Source: Hypanus sabinus (Eukaryota). From it: 64,000 bases of DNA. Position 1 is the stretch's first letter; the number at the start of each line of letters is the position of its first letter. The notes beneath the pieces were generated by a model. It ran no database searches. It had not been told where the DNA came from and saw only the letters and a program-made list of their open reading frames with translations. The translations under genes were made by a program, and so were the position numbers. The stretch covers positions 65,658,001 through 65,722,000 of the forward strand of contig NC_082709.1 of assembly GCF_030144855.1 (NCBI RefSeq), in the 5' to 3' direction. This document shows, in pieces, positions 15,630-27,203 of the stretch.

Positions 15630-16230
15630 AACTGGAGAGGCTGTATTTCATTAGGAATTTGAGGAGATTTGATTTGACACCCAAAACACTCAAACACTTC
15701 TACACATATACCACGGAGAGCATTCTGACAGGCTCTGTCTGGTATGAAGGCTGGGGGGGGGCTACTGCACAGGATTGAAAAAAGCTACAGAGAGTCGTAA
15801 AATTAATCAGCTCCACCATGGATACTAGTCTCTGTAGTATCAAAAACATCTTCAAGGAGCGGTGCCTCAGAAAGACATCATTCACTATTAAGGACCCTCA
15901 TCACCTAGGACATGCCCTCTTCTCATTGTTACCTTCAGGAAGGAGGTACAGAAGTCTGATGGCATACACTCAGCGATTCAGAAACAGATTCTTCCCCTCT
16001 GCCATCTGATATCTAAATGGACATTTAACCCATGAACACTACTTCACTTCTCTTTATTTCCTTATATGCACCATTTTTAATTTAACTTTTTAATATTCAA
16101 AGATGTACTTACTGTAATGGACTTCTTTCTATATTTATCATGTGTTGCATTGTACTGCTGTTGCTAAGTTAACAAATCTCACAACATATGCCTGTGATAT
16201 CAAACCTGATTTTGATTCTGATTCTGGATT
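15630..16230 (+). mobile_element. Rex1/Babar-type LINE 3' fragment
   Basis: IKDPHHLGHALFSLLPSGRRYRS...RFRNRFFP C-terminus; (ATTCTG)n tail. Confidence 0.75.
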
Positions 16231-16579
16231 TCTCTTGTCAGATATCATCATTGCCTGGCATTTGCAAGCTGGCTGTTGAACAAACTTCTGAGCACTAAAA
16301 CTATCCTGGGTGTAAGCCATGATCTTCAAATACAATATGAAGGTTTCTCACATTGGAGCAACAACCACCCCAAAAATAAGTAGTCAAGGTGTTACAAGTT
16401 GAGATGGCAGTTTCTACGCCAGCAATGAGTTCCATTTCCTGAACTTGCCTTCCTTCTGGCTGTTGCCGATAGCAATTTGCATTTCATTAAAGCCATATAC
16501 ACTCTGAAATAATGCAAAACTAATACCGGCGATTCAGTGCAACTAACCTCAAACCAAAGTCCAACAATGGCAACCACAA

Positions 16580-18445
16580 CAAGCAGGTCTCTGGCTCTGT
16601 GGCTCAGAAGGGAAGGTGGGAGAGGAGGAGTGCAGTAGTGTCAGCGGTTCCATGGTTGAGGAGCAGACAGATTCTCTGGATGTGAAAAAGAAATGCAGGT
16701 GGTATTTTGCCACCCAGCAGCCAGGGTCGGAGATGTCTGGGATCGGGTCCAGAGCATTCTACAGGGGGAGGGGGATCAGTCAGAAGTTGTGGTACATATC
16801 AGTACCAACGACATGGGTAGCAAAAAGGAGGTCCTGAATAGAAGGTATAAGGAGCTAGGTAGAAAGCTGAGAAGCAGGACCACCAGGGAAGTAATCTCTG
16901 GATCGCTACCTGTGCCACAAGCCAGTGGGGGTGAGAAGAGGTTGATTTGGCAGATGAATGCGTGGTAGAGAAATTGGTGCATGGGGCAGGGTTTCAGATT
17001 TCTGGATCATTGGGTCTCTTCTGGGGAAGGTGATGACCTGTAGAAAAGAACGGGTTACACCTGAACCCGAGGGAGACAAATATCTTTGCAGGCAGGTTTG
17101 CTAGTGCTATTGGTGAGGATTTAAACTAATTTTGCAGGGGAATAGGAACTGGAATGATAGGGCTGAAAGTGCAGGCAGTGTGTAGTGAGATTATGAAGAA
17201 GGACAGGCAGATGTTAGGGCAAGATTGCAGTTAGTGGGATGAGTTAAGTGTAACATGGGGGCAAAATCAAAAAGGGTGATAAATACAGGGCTGAAAGTGT
17301 TATATTTGAATGCACACAGTATACAGAATAAGGTAGCACAATTAAGAGATTGGCAGATACGACGCTGTGGGCATCATTGTGTCATGGCTGAAAGATCATG
17401 GAGCTTAATATCCAAGGACACACCTTGCATCAAAAGAACAGGTGGGTAGGCAGAGGGAGTGGTATGGCTCTGTTGGCAAAAAGTAAAATCCAATACTTAG
17501 AAAGAAGTGACATAGGATCAGAAGATGTACAATTGTTACAGGTAGAGTTAAGAAACTGAAAGGGTTAGAAGACCCTGGGCTACAAATTACAACAGTAGAT
17601 AAAAAGGCACGTAATAAGGGTAATATTATGACAGTGATGGAGGATTTAAAATGCAGATAGATTGGGAAAATCAGGTTGATGCTGGATCCGCAGAGCAGGA
17701 GCTTGTAGAATGCCCACAAGATGGCTTTAACAGTAGCTCGTCTTTGAGCTCACTGGGGAAAGGCAATTCTGGACTGGGTATTCTAAAGCAAGGATGGAGC
17801 AACTGTGGCTGACAAAGGAAGTCAACAAAAGGCAACTAAAAAATGAAACAAGGAGAGAAAAGATGAACTATGAAGGTAAGGTAGCCAATAATATAAGAGG
17901 ATACCAAAATTTTTTCAGATTATATAGAGTAAAAGAGGAGGTGAGAGTGGATATTTGACCAATGGAAAATGATGCTGGCGAGGTAGTAATGGGGGACAAG
18001 GAAATGGCGGACTATTTGATAAGTATTTTGCATCAGTCTTCACTGTGGAAGAAACTAGCAGTATGCCAGAAAAGCGAGATTGTTGGGAGCAGAAGTGAGT
18101 ATAGATACTATTACTAAAGAGAAGATGCTCAGGAAACTGAAAGGTCTGAAGGTAGGCAAGTTACCAGCTGAAGAGATTGTGGAGGCATTAGTAATGATCT
18201 TTCAACAATCACTAGATTCTGGAATGGTTTTGGAGGATTGGAAAATTGCAAACATGTTTCCATTCTTTAAGGGAGGGAGGCAGAAGAAAGGAAATCATAA
18301 TAGGCCAGTTAGCCTGTCTTCTACAGTTGGGAAAATGTTGGAGTCGATTATTAAGGATGAGGTTTTGGCATACTTGGAGGAATTAATAAAGTAGGTCAAA
18401 GTCAGCATTGTTTCCTTAAGGGGAGGTCTTACCTGACAAATCCAT
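16580..18445 (+). mobile_element. Decayed CR1 LINE: ORF1 esterase, AP endonuclease and RT N-terminus
   Basis: VVHISTNDMG, LKVLYLNAHSIQNK, IFQQSLDSGMVLEDWKIAN...RPVSLSSTVGKMLESIIK. Confidence 0.88.
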
Positions 18446-18866
18446 TTAGCATCTGACAAATCTCATTAGCATTCTTATCACAGTTAAGCATTTGGAAAGA
18501 GTGTCACTGGAATGTACTTAGACACAGGTTTGCACACAGCTACTTGAACAAACATTAAGACCAGAGTTATAAGTTTGGTTAGAGATCAGTTTAAGACAAG
18601 ATAGACAGTGTTGTTTTAGGGATTTCTAGAGCTTGGATTAATAAAGTCAAGACAGAACCATAATGATGTCAATTATACTCAATATTCCCTTATCCTGAGG
18701 CACACAAATTCTCACAGAAGTTTGAAATATTAAAAATATCTTTGCTGGAGATTATAATGTGCCTCACATAAAGCAGTGTAAGCACACATGCATATACACA
18801 CACATCATTACAGGGGACTAAAGTGGTTAAATGTGCAATAACTATTTGTCACAACTACTTATTTAC

Positions 18867-18948
18867 CAGCATTCTTTGTTCTGAGGCATTCTTTAGCCGA
18901 GTGTGCAGCACTTGTTAACGTCTTACGGATTACAGGTAATCGCAGCAT
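18867..18948 (-). CDS. NDUFS1: NDUFS1 first coding exon, mitochondrial presequence MLRLPVIRKTLTSAAHSAKECLRTKNA (exon begins 18957)
   Basis: ATG at 18948 nine nt after a ttgcag acceptor; MLRxP start; phase-1 donor GTAAAT joins next exon in frame. Confidence 0.9.
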
Positions 18949-19537
18949 GATGCCGAACTGCAACAATAACAGAGTTCCATTAGCAGCAGCTTACACAAAC
19001 TTGAAAAGTGTATCATAAGCTCTAGAAAAGGACATAAGAGAGTCATGGAAGATAATCATTTATTCCAACAGAGAACAAATTCACCATTTCCAAAGTATTC
19101 TTTCTTCATTCTGTAAGCACAGACCTAATCCTGAGTCACAGAAAGTTGACTGACCTACTCAATTCAAAGGCAACAAAGCTGACCCCACTCCTCCCTCCTT
19201 CCCTTTCTTTCTTTTCCTCTCTTTTTCATAAAAATAGATGCAGCAAAAGACAAACAAAATCAGCCTGGCTATGTTTCTGATTACCACTCACTATGTTGTA
19301 CTGGTCACTTTCGATACTTTTACCATCAACTAATTCCATGACTCCTAAGTCCTCGACCCCTTTGCCAAGAACAAAACTCTGTCAAGATTCTTCACTATTT
19401 CAAATACCTCTATCGGATCCCCCTCAAGTAGCTATGTTCCCTGAAAACAGCTCTTCCAATCCATTCACATAACTTAGTAAGTACATCTCCTTTTAAGACT
19501 TTCACATCTTTCCTAAAATGTAGCACCCAAAATGGGG

Positions 19538-19668
19538 CAAAATATTCCACTTGTGACCAGAGCAGTGATTTACAAAAATACTCCACTTGTGACCAGAGCA
19601 GTGATTTACAAAAATACTCCAGTTGTGACCAAACTGGTAATTTACAAAAATACTCCAGTTGTGACCAA
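19538..19668. repeat. 36-bp tandem repeat, about 3.6 copies, inside an old antisense CR1 fragment
   Basis: AATA(C/T)TCCA(C/G)TTGTGACCA recurs at 19541, 19577, 19613, 19649. Confidence 0.9.
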
Positions 19669-20439
19669 AAGGTTCACTATGACCTTCCTTACATAATACA
19701 TGTTTCTACTTATGAAGCCAGAAAAATTCTCAACCTGCCCAGACATTTGTAAAAATTTCTTTCCACAACCCCAGAAAACTTTCTGTTACTGTAGAATTGT
19801 GTCCTGTTGTTCATATTGCTTTCTTCATTTTTCCTACCTAAATGTAATACACTAGCAAAAAGGTCATCATTGACATGATTGGACAAAGGGCCTGCCTCTG
19901 TTACAGCATTTCTGTATGAACTTATCATCTATGTGTCCACTAATTCCATTAGCCCAACTACAGCTTATTACTCCAGCCTGTGCAAGATAAATAAAGAAAC
20001 ACAGTGGTCCTAGTGCTGACCTCTAGGGAATTTCACACCGCACTTCCCTCCAGTCTGTAAAACAACTGTTCACTAATGTTCTGCCTCTTGCGACTTTCAT
20101 TTTCATTGTAATCCAGTGCCGCTACTCTCCCTTTCATGACATAGATTTCAACCTTGACTAACAGCCTACTGTGTGGCTCCGTTATCAAATGCCCTTTGAA
20201 AGTCTACATCCCCCTCATCAACTCTTGCTATAATCTCATCAGAAAACCCTACCAAGGTAGGACTATTTCCCTTTAATACATTCTTGCTGGCTTTCCCCAA
20301 ATCAATCCATACTTGTTCAGGTGACTTCTAATTCTGTTTACCACAGGGAAGAAAGACAAATATGTGCCATTCTACACAGGGGAGAGGGGATGGGGGAGTG
20401 GGGACAGGTGGGTGGGGGGGGGAAGAAGGCATCAGCAGT

Positions 20440-21210
20440 GGAGGGACTTTAACATATTGTGACATTAACTTATCAGATGACCTATCCTGGGCCCGGCACA
20501 TGGATGCAATCTTAAGAAAAACACACCAGCATCTTTACTTTCTTAGAAGATTAAGCTTGTCACTGAATATCAACAACTTGTACAGAAGTATTGTTGAAAA
20601 TATCCTGATTGGTTGCGTCATGATCTGGTATGGCAATCTGAATGCACAGGAACACAAGAAGCTGCAGAGAATCATGGACTCTGCCTGACACAACATGGGC
20701 ACGTCCCTCACCACCATCCGTACTAACTATAGGAGGTGCTTCCTCAGGAAGGCAACATCCATCAAAGATCACCACCATTCAGGCCATGCTGTCAGAAGCC
20801 CAGAGTCCTGCACTACTAGGCTCAAGAATAGCTACCTCTCTTCGACTGCGTGGTACTTCAACCAACCAGACATCCCTAATCACTAGAATTAAACAACACT
20901 ATAGTCACTTTCCAGTAAAATGGTTCAAAAGGACAGCATTTATTATTAAAGACCCCCACCACCCAGGACATGCCCTCTTCTCATTACTACTATCAGGGAG
21001 GAGATACAGGAGACTAAAGACCCACACTCAACATATTAGGAACAATGGATTCCCCTCCAACATCAGAACTCTGAATGGACCATGAAAACCTCATTATTTG
21101 TCTATTGCTCTACTCACTTATTTTTGTGACATTTTTGTTGAAATCTTGCATTGTACTGCTGCCACAACACAGCAAATTTCACAACACATGTCAATGATGA
21201 CAAATGTGAT
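20440..21210 (+). mobile_element. Rex1/Babar-type LINE 3' fragments (two overlapping pieces)
   Basis: DDLSWARHMDAILRKTHQHLYFLRRL and KDPHHPGHALFSLLLSGRRYR motifs. Confidence 0.75.
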
Positions 21211-22550
21211 TCTCACAAACCAAGAGAACATACAAACACCACAGCTTCTTTCCTTTGCTCTCAAAGATTCCCATATCGGGTCCAAATTAAGACATTTAAA
21301 TGTTCTACAATCATTCAGTAAAGAGCCTATTTTTAGAATGACTTATAATATAGCAAGAGCAAAAATGTTCAGTGACGTTGATTCCAGAATGGGAATAAAT
21401 TAACAATAGAAACTACGGAACTAGTTAAATGAAGAATCAAAGCAGGAATGACAGATACTTTTGCAAAATCCTCCTCCAGACCAAAATTACTCTCAGTATT
21501 TTTCCATTAAATTATAATCAACCAAAGGCTTTACAATGTGTATTTAAGAGGGTATCCCAGCTACCCTTTTAGCATGTCCCAAAAACATTTTATAGCAAGA
21601 TAAATATATTTGGCATAAAATATAGTTATTACTGCTACAAGAAACTGCAGCAACCAGTATGTATGAAACAAGCTCCCGTTTGGCAATAAGGTAACCAAAG
21701 GAGAAGCATTTATGAGGAAAATATTTTCCTGATTCTTCTTCGACATAGCTTCGGGGAATCATTTAAAAAATGTTGTGGTTTAAGAATGTATATCTTCACC
21801 ATTATACTACCAACAATACGTGTGCTCCAGTGTAGCACTGACTTTCAACCGAGATTTCTTGCTCACAGGTAGTGAACCCAGACACGCAAACCCACAGCCC
21901 CATTCACTCACAGATAAGGTGCTTTGGAATCCGAAATGCCACTCACTGAAAACCTAAAAATAAAGGCTGAAATGCTGGAAATAAACTGGTCTTCAACCTG
22001 AAATATTGTCACTTCTCTTTCCACAGATGCTCGCTGTTTCCTTTTAGTAAGCTGTCTTTGCAGCCTTCAGTGCACGTACATGGTTAAGCGCAATGCAAGA
22101 CAAACATCAACACCGACACCGATTCCAGAGGCTAAAATCTGAAGCAAGGAAACAGATTGCTGGAGGAATTCAACATGTCAAGCAGCATCTGTGGAGGCAA
22201 AGGGATGGTCTCGGAAACCTACATCAACAAGGAAAGAGAGTGCTTTTAAAGTCGGAAGCGATTACCATGAGGAATCCAGGGCACAAGGTTTTCCAGGCAC
22301 ACCTTTACAAAAAGCCTAGACAGTGATGATAAAGAGAGAGCGCCTGCAGGGTGAGAAAGAGCAAGTCCTGCGCCATCTGCCAAGTCACCCAGGGACCAGT
22401 CAAGGGCAAACCGGCGCAACCCAAACATTGGCGCACACCAGCCAACTCTTCGCCGCATACAACCCCAGGCACGAAACTTCACCTTGCTTGCAAGCACCAA
22501 TAACCGAACCTGTCTCAGATAATCCCCACCATCATATTCCCTATCAATAC

Positions 22551-22620
22551 CTGCTCACTATTTGGCCTTCTCAACCAGAATAGCGGCGACAATGGCGGCT
22601 CGGCTCTTTCCGAAAACTGA
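22551..22620 (-). other. NDUFS1: Probable non-coding first exon of NDUFS1 (5' end uncertain; candidate donors after 22559 and after 22551)
   Basis: CpG-rich; minus-strand donors ATA|GTGAGC and CAG|GTATTG; position head-to-head with EEF1B2 as in human. Confidence 0.55.
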
Positions 22621-22708
22621 TCGGCAATTCCCGGCTCTTTCCGGAAACGGATCGGCAATTCCCGGCTCTTTCCGGAAACGGATCGGCAATTCCCGGCTCT
22701 TTCCGGAA
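22601..22708. repeat. 31-bp tandem repeat, about 3.5 copies (CGGCTCTTTCCGGAAACGGATCGGCAATTCC)
   Basis: Units start at 22601, 22632, 22663, 22694; copies 2 and 3 identical. Confidence 0.95.
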
Positions 22709-23052
22709 CAGCGCTCGTCAGCATCACGGGCAGGAGTCACGAACTCGGAAGAATGCGATCTTATTTCCTCATTTCCAGTCATCAATATTAGTCATTTTAA
22801 TTTGTTATAAAGTAAGAAACATTAATATTTGTTAAATTAAAATAATTACGTTAAAAAATGCAAACGGCTTCGGCAATTTCAATGAAACGTAATCGATCTA
22901 TTAAAATGATTTAATTTGAATTTTATGCGATCGAATAGTTTAGACAACTTAGAAAAAATTAAACATTCTAATTATTTTAAATCTTTTTTATTCTCCCAAA
23001 TTGCGACGACTTCGGCTGGTTCCGTATTCACTCGGCTGTTTCCGGCGCCGGT

Positions 23053-23085
23053 TATAAAGGGGCAGCGCGGCGGCAGCGGCCTCTT
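23053..23085 (+). promoter_or_regulatory. EEF1B2: EEF1B2 TATA box and short pyrimidine (TOP/TCT-like) start site
   Basis: TATAAA 23053-23058, CCTCTT at 23080-23085, about 28 nt downstream and 55 nt before the ATG. Confidence 0.65.
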
Positions 23086-23135
23086 GCAGTTGCCGCTGCG
23101 CGTCGTGTTGGCGTGGACGGGGCCTAGTGTCAGCT

Positions 23136-23215
23136 ATGGGGTTTGGTGACTTGAAGGCCGCATCCGGCCTGCAGATGCTTAACGATTACTTGGCGGATCG
23201 CAGCTACATCGAGGG
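23136..23215 (+). CDS. EEF1B2: EEF1B2 coding exon 1, [27 protein letters not shown]
   Basis: 80 nt, MGFGDLK start characteristic of eEF1B-alpha; GT donor at 23216. Confidence 0.97.
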
Positions 23216-23583
23216 GTGGGTGAGAGACTGAGGCAAGGGCGCTGAGAGGCCGGGAAATGGGCCTAAACGTGAATGGGAATAGGGGGCTTTGGAGAGAGAA
23301 AAAGGTGGTGATGAGGCAGGGATGGTGGTGGTGAGTGAAGAAAGTTCGGGAAAGGGACGCATACACCGGAAGGGGGTGAGTAGGAGTTGGAGAGTGAGGG
23401 TAGAGGGAGGTGGGAGTAAAATGCACAGACACCTATTGGAGATGCACAAGAAATAGGGAGTTATTATCTACCATTCTACACTTCCACGTCCCTTTTGTGT
23501 CTCCTAACTTGTTCATTGTTCTGTTGACTGGGGCTGCGATTAGTGCTTTGTTCTTGAGCACGTTTTGTTTTTGTGTTTAAAAG

Positions 23584-23706
23584 GTATGTTCCGTCACAAG
23601 CAGACATCGCTGTGTATGAAGCTCTTGATGGGTCACCTGCGCCGTCATTCTGTCATGCACTTCGGTGGTACAATCACATTCGGTCCTATGAAACCACAAA
23701 GTCCAG
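23584..23706 (+). CDS. EEF1B2: EEF1B2 coding exon 2, [40 protein letters not shown]
   Basis: 123 nt, AAG acceptor, GTATGT donor; HALRWYNHI motif. Confidence 0.97.
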
Positions 23707-23807
23707 GTATGTAGTCTGCTGTTAATAGAAGCGTACGGGCTCCTCATTCCTGGTCTGCCATGTAGTGTTTCTATCTCACTGATACTTAACTGTTCTGATC
23801 ACATCTC

Positions 23808-24100
23808 AATAGACAATAGATGCAGAAGTAGACCATTCGGCCCCTCGAGTCTGCACCGCCATTCTGAGATCATGGCTGATCATTCACTATCAATACCCAG
23901 TCCCTGCCTTGTCACCATATCCCTTGATTCCCCTATCCATCAGATATCTATCTAGCTCCTTCTTGAAAGCATCCAGAGAATTGGCCTTCACCGTCTTCAG
24001 AGGCAGTGCATTCCACACCTCGACAACTCTGGGAGAAGAAGCTCTTCCTCAACTCTGTTTTAAATAACTGACCTCTTATTCTCAATCCATGCCCTCTGAA
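23808..24100 (-). mobile_element. Relatively young CR1 3' end in EEF1B2 intron 2
   Basis: CAATAGA tail repeats followed by GACCATTCGGCCCCTCGAGTCTGC...; CpGs retained. Confidence 0.7.
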
Positions 24101-24446
24101 TCTCCTTTGATTCCTTTAATATCCAGGCCATCTATTGATTTCTATCTTGAATATACTCAATAACTTCCACTGCCCACGTGAGTAGAGTCCAAAAGATTCG
24201 CCACCTTCCGGGTGAAGAATTTCTTCATACAAGTCCTGAATGGTTAGCACTTAATGTTGAGATTGTAGACCCCTAGTTCTGGACACCTCAGTGAGGGAAA
24301 ACACGATGCCAGCATCCATCATGGCCAACTCAGTTAATTTTGAATCGCTTAGATTATCATTCTCCTTCAGACTCTTGTCTACCTACTTGGACAATGGAAT
24401 TGGTCTGTGTGAAATTTCTGGCGCTCCCTCTATTGCAGATACAGTA

Positions 24447-24985
24447 CAGGGGATTCTGGTTAATTGGAACCCATTTAGAACAGCTTAATTTTGGGCCCAA
24501 TTAAGCTGCTTCCCTAATTAACTTAAGGTTCATGGAAATAATTTAAAAAGGTATTACAGAACACAAATGTTTAACTTGGTAACAAATTGTGAATTCAAAT
24601 GAAATACAGAACAAATTCAAACACTACTAATATTACTACTGTACCATGAAACTATGTAAAGTTACTGAAACGGAGGAATTCATCCAGTGTATGCAGCCAT
24701 ATCCTTTTGATTGTAAAATCAGCACAGGTGCCTGGTGCAGATAATGGACTCCATATGATGATTGCATTCTCCAAATCTTCATTTTTATTGTTGCGTTCAA
24801 GATGAACACTAATACCTTCAGATTCTTTGAGATTCTGAACTTCCTGAAGTGAAATTGTTACATTTTCATTTCTGGCATCTCCAAGCATGAAAGCAGTTCT
24901 GAATTGCCTTGCTGCTTATTTCTCACTTGCTGTCAGTGGTAAAAATCACTGCTATTTGAACACAAACACATGCAACTGGTGCTAT
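24447..24985 (-). mobile_element. Tigger/pogo-like DNA transposon remnant
   Basis: TA+CAGGGGATTCTGGTTAATTGG TIR; internal sequence is reverse complement of 12585-13292 family. Confidence 0.7.
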
Positions 24986-25576
24986 CTTCTAAAATATAAT
25001 GGCAAGTTTATCTTGCTGAAATTGTTCAGATCTTATAAATATTTGAATTAAAGTGTGGTTTTGATTTCTGCATCTGAGTAGGTTTGTACTTAACCTGGAA
25101 TAATGTAGTTTGGATTCTGTAGATTATTTCTGGGCTGAGGGGGAGACTTGACCTAAAATTCCAGAGTAAGATGTGATTATATCAAAATGTATATGATTCT
25201 GTGGGGGATTGGGATAACTGCTGAGGGGTCTTCTACATTGAGTATATTCTAACAAGGTGGCCATTGAGGACTGACATGCATTACAGTGGCTGTGTGAGGA
25301 GTGTTGGGAATTCTCTAAAGAGAATGGCTGAGCTATCAATGAAATCTGATCAAGACCAATGGAGCTCAGTTGTGCACTATTTTGTTTACTGTCTTAGTTA
25401 AATAAAGGGAAGCAACTGCAACTACTGAAAAAACAACTTTGTAAATCTGACGGGGTTAACTGTCTATTGTATAAAGCTATGTTGGCAAGGAATAAGCTGG
25501 CAACTTGTGCAATCCTAAGTAGTATGCATTAATTTGTGACATATTTAATACATTTCTGGTCTTTAACCCCTAACAG

Positions 25577-25703
25577 CCTTCCAGGTGTTAAGCAGCCACT
25601 TAGCAAATATGGTCCACAAAATGTAGCAGACACAACCTCAACAAAAGCAGAGGCAGACGATGATGATGATATTGATCTCTTTGGGTCTGATGATGATGAT
25701 GAG
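25577..25703 (+). CDS. EEF1B2: EEF1B2 coding exon 3, [42 protein letters not shown]
   Basis: 127 nt; acidic DLFGSD CK2 motif; GTGAGT donor. Confidence 0.97.
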
Positions 25704-26112
25704 GTGAGTTCTTTGTAGTTTTAATGTGGCTGACAGCATACATGCCAACTTGCCCCCATGGTCATAGCCTGAAAATGTTGGGCCAGTGTTGTATATTTAT
25801 GCATAATCTAAGCAACAAACTTCAAATGATTTAAACTCACTGACTAAACATTAACTGTAAAACTAGTGAATTTCATACATGCACATTTTTAGAAAAACAT
25901 TTGTTGAGATATAGACTATTAAGCTTGTCGGTGATCTATTAAGTATGGTGGAAGCTGATCGATCATGCTAAGGTGACAACTACTTGTTCAAGCTATAAAC
26001 TAGTATTTTTATTGGCTTCAGTGTGCATATTCCCTTGCTATGTTCACAAGGAATTTGTATATCCTGCCAATTTTGTTGCTTTAAATTTTAATTATAATTT
26101 CCCTATGAGTAT

Positions 26113-26194
26113 GACTGGTTTCCATGATGATTTCAATTCACCATCTTTCGGCTGAATATATGATTACGCCATCTATGATCTGATGAAACTGGTC
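26113..26194 (+). ncRNA. SNORD51: C/D box snoRNA SNORD51 (U51) homolog in EEF1B2 intron 3
   Basis: C box ATGATGA 26124-26130, guide TTCACCATCTTTCGG, D' CTGA 26152-26155, D CTGA 26180-26183, terminal stem; guide complementary to 28S CCGAAAGAUGGUGAA. Confidence 0.9.
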
Positions 26195-26325
26195 TAGTTT
26201 TGATATAACATAGATGCTGGAAATCCAAACCAACCATATGCATTCCTCCAGCATTTTGTGTGTGTTGCTCAGTGTTTGTATATTAAAGTTTGTCATAATT
26301 GACTGTTCATGTCTGTCTCTTACAG

Positions 26326-26392
26326 GAGAGTGCAGAAGCTCAGAGGGTCAGGGAAGAACGTCTAGCTCAATATGAAGCTAAAAAGTCCAAGA
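26326..26392 (+). CDS. EEF1B2: EEF1B2 coding exon 4, ESAEAQRVREERLAQYEAKKSK
   Basis: 67 nt, canonical splice sites, in phase. Confidence 0.97.
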
Positions 26393-26737
26393 GTATGTAC
26401 TGTCAATTGGCTATGTGATCCTAATGTCAGCACTTCAGGATTGTTCATTAAAAAATAACTAATTTGTAAAAATCTGTATGACAATTGACCACAGCCAATG
26501 TGAAGATACTGTTTCAGACCATATTTCTCAATCGGAAACCAAGCGTCACAGCATAGAGTTGTTTAATCAATTAACATGGTGCATGTTAGAATGTATTAGT
26601 TCCCTTGTTGGTAAGGTTGTCTCAAAAGGAAGAATCCTAGATCCTTGTTGTGGTCTGCCCCCTTATGTGTTATACTGAAAATGACCAACAACTCTGTGTT
26701 AAGTAGATTTGTAGTTAGTGATATTATTGAAAAGCTC

Positions 26738-26813
26738 ATTGGGTTCAATGATGATTTAAATTTACCATCTTTCGCCTGAATTGATGATGTCAATTTAATC
26801 TGATGAATCCAAT
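26738..26813 (+). ncRNA. SNORD51: Second SNORD51-like C/D snoRNA in EEF1B2 intron 4
   Basis: C box ATGATGA 26748-26754, guide TTTACCATCTTTCGC, D' CTGA 26776-26779, C'-like TTGATGA, D CTGA 26800-26803, 10-bp terminal stem ATTGGGTTCA/TGAATCCAAT. Confidence 0.88.
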
Positions 26814-27077
26814 TTCTCATTAGTTTAAATATCAATTGTAACCATTTACCGTTATTAGTAGTACAACTTAATATGCTCTTAACAATACAGCTTTCTGAAG
26901 GTAGTTTAGATTCTGAACTGTGGAAAGGCTACTTCGATTGGTGGTACAAGGTTGTGGAGAACAGTCATTGCTATGAACCAGTTAGGCCAATGACCTGTAC
27001 TTTGTATTTCAATATTGTGAATGTAATTGAAAGATTCTTATGGTAAATTGCTGCATTGAATTTGTAATCACCTTTAG

Positions 27078-27203
27078 AGCCGGCGCTCATTGCCAAATCA
27101 TCTATTTTACTGGATGTAAAACCGTGGGATGACGAAACTGACATGAAAAAAATGGAAGAATGCGTGCGTACTATCACAATGGATGGCTTAGTTTGGGGCT
27201 CTT
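27078..27203 (+). CDS. EEF1B2: EEF1B2 coding exon 5, [41 protein letters not shown]
   Basis: 126 nt; [13 protein letters not shown]-domain motif. Confidence 0.98.

Larger units (their letters stand above)
22560..23220. promoter_or_regulatory. NDUFS1/EEF1B2 bidirectional promoter: two CpG-rich blocks separated by an AT-rich spacer
   Basis: High CpG at 22580-22760 and 23000-23220; YY1-like AATGGCGGC 22591-22599; repeated CCGGAA ETS cores; TATAAA 23053-23058. Confidence 0.85.

Noticed and set aside
19538-19668. 36-bp repeat as a CRISPR array
   Set aside because: Units are directly adjacent with no unique spacers; eukaryotic intron, no cas genes
22515-22810. Overlapping small ORFs at the NDUFS1 5' end
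   Set aside because: By-products of the GC-rich 31-bp tandem repeat
26167-26176. Possible second guide (CGCCATCTAT) before the D box of SNORD51 copy 1, complementary to 28S AUGGAUGGCG
   Set aside because: Only 10 bp with a wobble, ends 3 nt short of the D box and absent from copy 2
26885-27000. Hairpin followed by AGAACA (H-box-like) in EEF1B2 intron 4
   Set aside because: No proper second hairpin with ACA and no SNORA41 guide; the intron already hosts a C/D snoRNA
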